Assembly: GCA_050699655.1 (NCBI GenBank)
Contig: JBOHFJ010000001.1
Coordinates: 1-45,667 of the forward strand
Reading direction: 5' to 3'
From: Pseudonocardiaceae bacterium
GTDB lineage: Bacteria > Actinomycetota > Actinomycetes > Mycobacteriales > Pseudonocardiaceae
Length of the DNA stretch: 45,667 nucleotides
Positions within the stretch are counted from its first letter, which is position 1; each line of letters begins with the position of its first letter. Of this stretch, positions 17,672 to 24,406 are shown in pieces. A program made the position numbers and the translations under genes. Under the pieces are notes generated by a model. It ran no database searches, was not told the origin of the DNA, and saw only the letters and a program-made list of their open reading frames with translations.

Positions 17672-19252
17672 TCACGCAGGCCGGTCCGGCGTAGGGTCTG
17701 GCTCCAGCTCTGTAGGGGTGGAAGCGGGATGGGTGCAGAACTCAGCCAGGTCATCCCGCAACGTGGTCATGGTGCAGGACGCGAGATCCGGCCGCCGGGC
17801 CAGCAGCGTGTGCAGAGACCGAGCCCGGCCAATCACCGGGAAAGTGCGGTATTCAGCTCCGGTGGAGTGCAGCACGGGGGCGAGGTGCTCACCGACGGCG
17901 TCTAACTCGCCTCGAGCCAAGTGGGCAAGCGCAAGATCGAAACGGGCGGAGGCGACATACATCACTTTGGGCCGGGACTCGGCGGAGAACTCGTCCAGGG
18001 CGGTACGCGCCCAGCCCAGGGCGGCCTCCAGATGCTCCGTGCCGCCAAGAGCGTAATGGGCCTCGCTAGCGTAATAAGCGGCCGTCCCGGCGTTGAAGCC
18101 GAAGATGCCCGGTTCATCGTCGGTGAGCTCAGTGGGGGCGCTCGCGGCGAGCGCCAGAGCCCGGCTGACCTCGCCGGGTTGACGACGAGCGGCGTTGGCC
18201 CGGGCCTGCTGGCTAGTCAACCTCAGCAGGGTGGTACCGCTGGTAGCGTCGGGCAGGGCGGACTCCATGAGCTGGGCAGCCTCGTCGTAGCAACCGTCCC
18301 AATAGGCGACGTTGGACTGGACCCAGCGGACGAAGACTCGTAGCGGGGTGTACCCGGACACCTCGGCGCAGTGCAGCGCGGTACGCGCATGGGTGTTCGA
18401 GGAGTGCGGATGCCCCAGGTTGAACGTGACGAGAGACAACAACCCGCAGACCTGCCCGGCGATCTTGTACAAGTCCGCGGTGTGGCGGGGCTGCTGGCGC
18501 CCGGCGATCAGGGTGAACACATCATCACGGGCACGGAGCAGACTCGCGAAGATGCTGGCGGGTGGGTCGATCTGCTCACGCCGGGCGATCTCAGCAACGT
18601 CGGCGGTCATCTGGTCGAGCACGTCGTCGTCAACGTTGGTGGTGGCGCTCCAGCGATGGAACTGGGCGGACTCCTCGGCGGCCATGATGACCTCCTCGCG
18701 GATCGGCGTACCGCGCGCGTCACAGCGCACGACGCGTCGGCTCCCCCAGGCCCCACCAGTGTCACCTCCCCCGCGCGCCACCACACGGCCGGGGTCAGCG
18801 TGCTCACCTACCGTAGCGCGGACAACGGGAACCAACGCCCCCGTCGTCACGGGTGCGGGTGGGTGACCGGTGGTGAGCAGGCTGCGGTCGGCTGGGGTGA
18901 GCTGCTCCAGATCATCAGCGTCGACCAGCTGGGACACCGTGCACCCATGCCCGAACGTCGCCGCGAGCTGAGCCAGGTAGCGCGGGCTGGGCGGGCTGCC
19001 GCCGTGCGGCCAGGCCTCGAACTCGCTGACCCGATTGTCCGACAGCTTCGCCCCCGGATGCGCGGTGTTGTACCGCTGCGCCACCTTCCACTGCGGCCAC
19101 CCCAACGCATGCCGCCACGCCACCCTCGGCCGCAAATTGAACCGCCGACCCAGCTCCCCGGCGATCTGGGACACCGAGCACCCCCACGCCCGCATCCGAT
19201 CCCGAAGCTGATCACGTTCGGCCTTCACCGAAGTCCCCGCCCTGCGCGGCAT
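17672..19252 (-). CDS. HTH (XRE-like) transcriptional regulator with a C-terminal TPR-like helical domain
   Basis: N-terminal CSVSQIAGELGRRFNLRPRVAWRHALGWPQWKVAQRYN...SEFEAWP HTH region, then a roughly 350-aa all-helical region. ATG 19252 is chosen; the upstream track extension looks non-coding. Confidence 0.75.
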   Translation of the reverse strand: MPRRAGTSVKAERDQLRDRMRAWGCSVSQIAGELGRRFNLRPRVAWRHALGWPQWKVAQRYNTAHPGAKLSDNRVSEFEAWPHGGSPPSPRYLAQLAATFGHGCTVSQLVDADDLEQLTPADRSLLTTGHPPAPVTTGALVPVVRATVGEHADPGRVVARGGGDTGGAWGSRRVVRCDARGTPIREEVIMAAEESAQFHRWSATTNVDDDVLDQMTADVAEIARREQIDPPASIFASLLRARDDVFTLIAGRQQPRHTADLYKIAGQVCGLLSLVTFNLGHPHSSNTHARTALHCAEVSGYTPLRVFVRWVQSNVAYWDGCYDEAAQLMESALPDATSGTTLLRLTSQQARANAARRQPGEVSRALALAASAPTELTDDEPGIFGFNAGTAAYYASEAHYALGGTEHLEAALGWARTALDEFSAESRPKVMYVASARFDLALAHLARGELDAVGEHLAPVLHSTGAEYRTFPVIGRARSLHTLLARRPDLASCTMTTLRDDLAEFCTHPASTPTELEPDPTPDRPA

Positions 19253-19517
19253 CGCCCACCCCCCAGCACTCATATGCAGGACCACACGGTAACCCCAGCC
19301 ACCGACAAAACGGGCCACCCCGCGACCTGATCGGCCGGGAAGATTCCCCGTCAGCGGCGGGTTCATCCAGCTCAGACAGGCCGAGCAGGTCGGGCGAATG
19401 TTCCCGGCCACCGATCCTGGCGGCTGGAGTCGTGCCACATGACCGACGCGACCACCAACCGAGAGTCGAGAGCTTCGTCCGCGACGAGGGCAATCCGATC
19501 ACAAGACGGTAGGAAGC

Positions 19518-20057
19518 TCAGCGATGGTACTGCGGCCGAGCCGCCCACCACGGCTCAAACGCGGTGGCGGCTGCCCAAGCGGCATCGCGGGCGGCGACAT
19601 AACGCGGTGTCTCCATCTCAGGTAGCGCCTCGCCACCGACGAACTGCCCGGCGGCGTCATAGTGCATCAACACGACCAGATCCTCATCGACCAGCCAGAA
19701 GTCGTGATCCACTAGGCTTGGCGGCTCGGGTGTGTCGGCGAGATCGAGGATGCGGACGTCCTCGCCCGCCTGCACGTTGTAGGCGTAGCCCCACTCGCAT
19801 TCGTAACGCAGGTACGGACCCAGTGGAGTGCGCAACACATGCACTCGGTGCCGGTAGTAACCGGAGTCCCGCTCGGCACGAAGCTCGTCCAGCCACGGCT
19901 GCTTGCGCTCCCACTTCGGTGCGGGCTCACCGTCGAGATAACGCCGGTAGTCCGAGCCATCGGAGGCCACCTCGTACACATCGAGAGTCTCCAGCCGAAA
20001 CAGCGAATGGCGACGGGCGTCCAACAACGCTCCCAGCGCATCAAGATCGGTGATCAT
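19518..20057 (-). CDS. DUF6879 family protein (paralogue 1)
   Basis: FRLETLDVYEV..., RVHVLRTPLGPYLRYECEWGYAYNVQAGEDVRILDL, DFWLVDEDLVVLMHYDAAGQF. This pattern is shared with the other two paralogues here. Confidence 0.75.
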   Translation of the reverse strand: MITDLDALGALLDARRHSLFRLETLDVYEVASDGSDYRRYLDGEPAPKWERKQPWLDELRAERDSGYYRHRVHVLRTPLGPYLRYECEWGYAYNVQAGEDVRILDLADTPEPPSLVDHDFWLVDEDLVVLMHYDAAGQFVGGEALPEMETPRYVAARDAAWAAATAFEPWWAARPQYHR

Positions 20058-20081
20058 GCCGGTTGGCTCCTGGCTGTTCGA

Positions 20082-20627
20082 TCAGACGACGCGGTGATGT
20101 TGCGCATGGCGGTCCCACCACTGGGTGAACGGCTCGGCCGCGTTCCATGCGGCGTCAGCGGCGAGCCGGTGTCGGTCCGCGTCCGCGACATCAAGGAGCT
20201 GTGCGCCGCGGAACTGGCCGTCGTGGTCATAGTGCATCTTCACCACATCGCGCCCGTCGATCAGCGTCCAGTCGCCGGGCACAGAGAGTAGCTCATCAGG
20301 CGGCGACTGCTCGGCGAGATCCAGAACACGGACGAGTTCCCCGGCTGCAACGTTGTGGCGGTAACCCCAGTCACAGGCGTACCGCTCGTAGTCGCTGGGG
20401 GGATCGTGGATGACTCGGACACGCCGCCGTGGGCGGCCCTCGTTCGCCCACCTCCGCAGGAGATCCAGCCACGGCCGGCGTGCCTCCCAGTCGGGCTCCA
20501 ACTCGCCATTGAGCCAACGACGGAAGTCACTGGTGGTGATCGCGGTGTCGTAGCTGGGCAACGTCTCGATCCGGAGCAGATCATGCCGCGTGGTCTCAAT
20601 GACTTCCGTGAGCTGCTCCAGCGTCAT
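20082..20627 (-). CDS. DUF6879 family protein (paralogue 2)
   Basis: LRIETLPSYD..., RVRVIHDPPSDYERYACDWGYRHNVAAGELVRVLDL, DWTLIDGRDVVKMHYDHDGQF. ATG 20627 aligns with the start of paralogue 1. Confidence 0.75.
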   Translation of the reverse strand: MTLEQLTEVIETTRHDLLRIETLPSYDTAITTSDFRRWLNGELEPDWEARRPWLDLLRRWANEGRPRRRVRVIHDPPSDYERYACDWGYRHNVAAGELVRVLDLAEQSPPDELLSVPGDWTLIDGRDVVKMHYDHDGQFRGAQLLDVADADRHRLAADAAWNAAEPFTQWWDRHAQHHRVV

Positions 20628-20845
20628 CAAGTTCACGGCTCCGCCCGGCTGAACGTGTCGGGCTATCGACGACGACCCCGACCTGGTCGACCCGGCCCTC
20701 GACCGGCCCTCCCACATCGGGTATCGGCCCAGGCCCATGGTCGCGGACGGCGCGAGCGGGCTGCCCGAGCACGGCCCTTCGATTGGATCAACGACCAGCA
20801 GCTCGGGCCTGATCCAGGCGAAGGCAACTCCGTTACCTTAGATTC

Positions 20846-20885
20846 TTGACTGCCACCCGGGTAGAAGGAATTCTATTGGGGTAGC
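20846..20885 (+). promoter_or_regulatory. Promoter/operator-like element: TTGACT-N7-GGGTAGA-N13-GGGTAGC
   Basis: An AT-richer patch upstream of 20912. TTGACT is at 20846-20851, with GGGTAGA at 20859 and GGGTAGC at 20879, exactly 20 nt apart. The same architecture recurs at 22519-22559. Confidence 0.3.
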
Positions 20886-20911
20886 TTAGACCTAACAGAT
20901 AAGGGGTCCTC

Positions 20912-21124
20912 ATGCGCCTGCTCAACCCAGACACCAGTTCCAAGGGTATGGACGGCTGCGACCGACTCTGGGATGAGGGCGAGGACGTGATGGTCCAGCT
21001 CCGTCCGGCCACCACCGCCGACCACCGGTCGATCCTGCCCAACTACGTTCCGGAGGGGGAGATCTTGGGCCGGGTGTCGAAGACGGCGCTACTTGAAGCG
21101 GCTCGCAACCTGGGGTTGGTATGA
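20912..21124 (+). CDS. Small hypothetical protein (70 aa)
   Basis: AAGGGG RBS lies 5 nt before the ATG, and the stop overlaps the next gene's start (ATGA at 21121). No recognisable motif. Confidence 0.4.
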   Translation: MRLLNPDTSSKGMDGCDRLWDEGEDVMVQLRPATTADHRSILPNYVPEGEILGRVSKTALLEAARNLGLV

Positions 21125-21642
21125 GCGACATCGACGTCATCGGCCTGTACCAGGGGGTCAGGCACCGAGCGCTGCGGCTGGAGACCCGGCAGCGGTACGC
21201 GGTTCCCTGGGAGGAGGAAGATCTCGCGGCGTGGCGGCGAGGTGAACCCGAGCCGACGACCCCGCAGACGGACAGCACGATGGAGACCCTCCGGCTGGTC
21301 ACCGAGTCCGGCCGGCGGATCGGCCGGGTCCGGTTCGTGGAGCTGCCGCTGACCGAGTACTCGCGGCACGAATTCGAGGTTGCCTACCCGAGGCTCACCG
21401 CGATCGGTGAAGAGATCCACATCCTGGACCGGGCCCTGCACCCGGAGTTCGACCACGTCCGCGAGGACTTCGTGGTCTTTGACGATAACTCTGTGATGTG
21501 GTATCGCTACACGACCGAGGACATCCTGACCGGCTATGACTACACCGAGGAGCCCGACGTGGTTTGCCGCTGCATGGCGCTGGCCGAGGAAGTGCGCGCC
21601 GCGGCGGTGCCCTACCGCGAGTTCCTGCCCCGCCTCAGTTGA
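21121..21642 (+). CDS. DUF6879 family protein (paralogue 3, more divergent)
   Basis: LRLETRQRYAVPWEEEDL..., RVRFVELPLTEYSRHEFEVAYPRLTAIGEEIHILDR, DFVVFDDNSVMWYRY. Confidence 0.75.
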   Translation: MSDIDVIGLYQGVRHRALRLETRQRYAVPWEEEDLAAWRRGEPEPTTPQTDSTMETLRLVTESGRRIGRVRFVELPLTEYSRHEFEVAYPRLTAIGEEIHILDRALHPEFDHVREDFVVFDDNSVMWYRYTTEDILTGYDYTEEPDVVCRCMALAEEVRAAAVPYREFLPRLS

Positions 21643-22505
21643 GTTCCGCATTCGGCAAGAGCACGGCCCGGCAGCGCCGGCTGGGCGGGCTGCTGCGCCG
21701 GCTGCGCAAGTCCGCCGATCTGTCCGGACCGGTCCTGGCCGGCCGGCTGGGCGTCTCCCAGTCACATCTGTCGCGGGTGGAGCTGGGTGAGGCGGTCGCC
21801 ACCGCCGAGCTGGTCGACCGCTGGACCCGCGAGACTCGGGCAAGTCACGTGGACCGACAAGCGGCTGCCGCCTTGGCGGAAGCGGTCGCGGCGGAGTTCA
21901 TCACCTGGCGGGAAGCGCTCTCCAGCGGCCTGGCGAAGTTGCAACGCGACGCCCTCGCTGCGGAGGCCGCCGCGACGACGAGAATCGCGTACGTGCCGGG
22001 TCTGATCCCGGGCCTGATGCAGACCGCCGAGTACACCGCCCATCTGGTAGCCGAAGACAACCCGGACCACGACGATGTCACCGAGGCGGTGGCGGCGCGG
22101 ATGCAGCGCCAAGTCGTCCTTTACAGCCGGGGCAAGACGCTGCGGTGGGTGATCGGGGAGGCCGGGCTGCGGTGGCGGGTTGGGCCGCCGGAGGTCATGG
22201 CCGCCCAACTGGACCGCCTCGCGACACTGGCGGTCGAGCCACATCTGGACGTCCGGGTGCTGCCGTTTGAGCGCACCGGGCCGGTGTGGCACGACCACGG
22301 TTTCACGATCCTGGCGGGCCGAACCGACGGCGAGCCAGACCTGGTCAATCTGGAGCTGCTGACCGGAATGGTCAACGTCACCGACCCGACGGATGTTGCG
22401 CAGTACCGTGCTGCCTACGAGCGGCTGGCGGACCTGGCGCTTCGCGGCGTCGAGGCCGTTCCGTTGATCCACCGGGTGAGAACCGAGTTGGTGACAGCAC
22501 ACTGA
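21639..22505 (+). CDS. XRE-type HTH regulator with DUF5753 domain (Scr1/WhiJ-like family)
   Basis: LRRLRKSADLSGPVLAGRLGVSQSHLSRVELG HTH, then YVPGLIPGLMQTAEYTAHLV, typical of DUF5753. The start is tentatively TTG 21639, overlapping the upstream stop (TTGA). ATG 21564 is the alternative. Confidence 0.8.
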   Translation: MSSAFGKSTARQRRLGGLLRRLRKSADLSGPVLAGRLGVSQSHLSRVELGEAVATAELVDRWTRETRASHVDRQAAAALAEAVAAEFITWREALSSGLAKLQRDALAAEAAATTRIAYVPGLIPGLMQTAEYTAHLVAEDNPDHDDVTEAVAARMQRQVVLYSRGKTLRWVIGEAGLRWRVGPPEVMAAQLDRLATLAVEPHLDVRVLPFERTGPVWHDHGFTILAGRTDGEPDLVNLELLTGMVNVTDPTDVAQYRAAYERLADLALRGVEAVPLIHRVRTELVTAH

Positions 22506-22518
22506 CTTACCCAGTATA

Positions 22519-22559
22519 TTGACTATATGCCAGGGTAGATGCGAAGATAGCCGGGTAAA
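22519..22559 (+). promoter_or_regulatory. Promoter/operator-like element: TTGACT-N8-GGGTAGA-N13-GGGTAAA
   Basis: An AT-richer patch right after the HTH gene stop. TTGACT is at 22519-22524, with GGGTAGA at 22533 and GGGTAAA at 22553, exactly 20 nt apart. It mirrors the element at 20846-20885. Confidence 0.3.
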
Positions 22560-22636
22560 CATGGCGTCAATCTAGCCACTGACGAGCGTGTCACCGAGGT
22601 CTCTCATCCCGCTGTCGTCTGCCGAGGAGCACTCCC

Positions 22637-22810
22637 ATGGTTAACCCCGCGCGCGTTGATGCTGGAGGGGTGTGGGGTGGGATCGGCCGAGTCCGCTGGC
22701 AGCGATGCCCCACTACCGCAGATCTGGCCGGGTGCCGGGAAATCGATGTCTTCGGCGCGGTCCACACCACGCTGCGGGCCACAGAGCACACCCAAAGTGA
22801 CAGAGTATGA
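22637..22810 (+). CDS. Small hypothetical ORF A (57 aa; below the ORF-track length cutoff)
   Basis: GAGGAG lies 7 nt upstream of ATG 22637. The stop overlaps the ATG of the next small ORF (ATGA at 22807). My hand translation is MVNPARVDAGGVWGGIGRVRWQRCPTTADLAGCREIDVFGAVHTTLRATEHTQSDRV. Third-position GC is only moderate. Confidence 0.3.
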   Translation: MVNPARVDAGGVWGGIGRVRWQRCPTTADLAGCREIDVFGAVHTTLRATEHTQSDRV

Positions 22811-23069
22811 GCCGCAGTGGAGCTGCGCCTAGGGGTGCGCCGATCGCGTGGGTGTACGTGGAAGGTGGGTACACGATCCGCTGGCGACGGGGCGACCCGG
22901 CGGCCCATGTGCTGCGGGGCAGGCAGATGGACGACTACGGGACGACTACGGCATGGCGGGCGTGCTGGAGTCGCTTCTAGTGTCGCCGTCGGGATGGACC
23001 GACCTCGCGGAGATCCGCCAGCTCGGGCAGCGGTGGCGAAGCCAGCGCCGCAACCAGCAGAGCGCATGA
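22807..23069 (+). pseudogene. Small ORF B, interrupted by an 11-nt tandem duplication (about 83 aa if one copy is removed)
   Basis: Starting at ATG 22807 the ORF reads MSRSGAAPRGAPIAWVYVEGGYTIRWRRGDPAAHVLRGRQMDDYG and then shifts frame. Removing one copy of GACGACTACGG joins it in frame to MAGVLESLLVSPSGWTDLAEIRQLGQRWRSQRRNQQSA (stop at 23067-23069). Confidence 0.3.
22930..22951. repeat. Perfect tandem duplication of the 11-mer GACGACTACGG
   Basis: Read directly: 22930-22940 equals 22941-22951. Confidence 0.95.
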
Positions 23070-23105
23070 CCGGCCCAGCTCACGAGACGAGAAAGGGTGA
23101 GTGAG

Positions 23106-23447
23106 ATGACCACAGCGTTCGATGATCCGTTGGCTCCAGCCGGGGAGCAGTTCCCGCTGGGGCGGCCGGACACCGCGCCGCCATGCTGGGACGAGCCGTC
23201 GCCGCCTGGCGTGCGCACGTGGGGGTTGCGGCGGATGGGGCCAGTGATGACACCGTGCAGGCAATGGCTGTCGTGGGGTTACGACCACCGGCGCCAGCTC
23301 GCCACCGGCCCCGGCGGTGTGGCCTTGCTCGAGGTGGAAGAGGAGCCACCGACCGCGCCCACCACCACGACGGTCGACGGTGAGGACCCGCCCTCGTCTG
23401 AGGACTGGAAGAACGACTACACCGCCGACGAGCCGTTTCAGCCATGA
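23106..23447 (+). CDS. Graspetide (ATP-grasp-modified RiPP) precursor peptide
   Basis: The stop overlaps the ATP-grasp start (ATGA at 23444). GAAAGGG RBS lies 9 nt before ATG 23106 (the track uses GTG 23097). The C-terminus PTAPTTTTVDGEDPPSSEDWKNDYTADEPFQP is rich in Thr/Ser donors and Asp/Glu acceptors. Confidence 0.75.
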   Translation: MTTAFDDPLAPAGEQFPLGRPDTAPPCWDEPSPPGVRTWGLRRMGPVMTPCRQWLSWGYDHRRQLATGPGGVALLEVEEEPPTAPTTTTVDGEDPPSSEDWKNDYTADEPFQP

Positions 23448-24406
23448 CGGTGCTGATCCTGGCCACTGAGCGCGACATCAGCGCCGACCGGATGGTGCGG
23501 GCGCTCGCCGAGCGCGACGTGCCAGTGTTCCGCGCGGACCTGAGCTGGTTTCCCCAACAGCTCAGTGTCGACGCCGAACTCCGGGACGGTCAGTGGACGG
23601 GGCGGCTGGTGACGCCGTACCGCGAGGTGGCGCTCGAAGAGCTGCGATCCATCTGGTACCGCAATCCCTCGAGTTTTCGCTTCCCGGCGGCGATGAGCAC
23701 GACCGAACGGCGGCACGCCCAGCACGAGGCCAAGCTCGGCTTGGGTGGTGTGCTGGGCGCGCTGCCGGTGCGGTGGGTCAACCACCCCAGCCGGCACGCT
23801 GACGCCGGTTACAAGCCGCGCCAACTGGTCGCGGCCGCCCGCGCCGGTTTGAGCGTGGCGCCGACACTGGTCACCAACAACCCTGGCGCGGCACTCCGGT
23901 TCGCCGCGCGATGCGGCCCCGGAGGGGTGGTGACCAAGATGCTCGGCGCGTCCGCGATCTGTGAGCGGGGCGGGCGCCGGGTCGCGCTGACCCAGCGGTT
24001 GACCGACGCCGACTTCGATGATCTGCGAGGTATCGAGCTGACCGCCCACCTCATGCAGCGGTGGGCATCGAAGCGCGAGGAAGCCCGCGTCATCGTGATC
24101 GGGCACCAGGTGTTCGCGGTGGCGATCCGTGCGCACAGCCACGCCTCCTACGTCGACTGGCGAGCCGACTACAACGCCCTGAGCTACGAACGGATCCCGC
24201 TGCCAGATGACGTGGAGCACGGCATCCGCGCGGTCATGCGCGAGCTGGACCTGGTCTACGGCGCGTTCGACTTCGTGATCACTCCGGAAGCGGAGTGGAT
24301 CTTCCTGGAAGTCAACCCGGGCGGCCAGTTCGGCTTCTTGGAAGACCGCACCGACGCGCCGTTGACTGCGGTCCTCGCCGATCTGCTCGCCCAGGAGGCG
24401 CGGTGA
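23444..24406 (+). CDS. ATP-grasp ribosomal peptide maturase (SAV_5884-type graspetide ligase)
   Basis: MTVLILATERDISADRMVRAL..., KPRQL..A...GL.VAPTLVTN, and C-terminal YGAFDFVITPEAEWIFLEVNPGGQFGFLE, the ATP-grasp fold signature of this RiPP family. Confidence 0.9.
   Translation: MTVLILATERDISADRMVRALAERDVPVFRADLSWFPQQLSVDAELRDGQWTGRLVTPYREVALEELRSIWYRNPSSFRFPAAMSTTERRHAQHEAKLGLGGVLGALPVRWVNHPSRHADAGYKPRQLVAAARAGLSVAPTLVTNNPGAALRFAARCGPGGVVTKMLGASAICERGGRRVALTQRLTDADFDDLRGIELTAHLMQRWASKREEARVIVIGHQVFAVAIRAHSHASYVDWRADYNALSYERIPLPDDVEHGIRAVMRELDLVYGAFDFVITPEAEWIFLEVNPGGQFGFLEDRTDAPLTAVLADLLAQEAR

Noticed and set aside
19439-22562. ORFs 19439-20053 (+), 20355-20849 (+), 21043-21843 (-) and 21762-22562 (-)
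   Set aside because: Each is antisense to a DUF6879 or HTH gene with clear family signatures. The translations are Arg/Pro/Gly-rich.
22591-23067. A 158-aa minus-strand ORF in the spacer before the graspetide precursor
   Set aside because: The composition is Arg/Pro/Ala-rich and junk-like, and there is no RBS. The plus-strand mini-ORFs with GAGGAG and ATGA coupling explain the region better.
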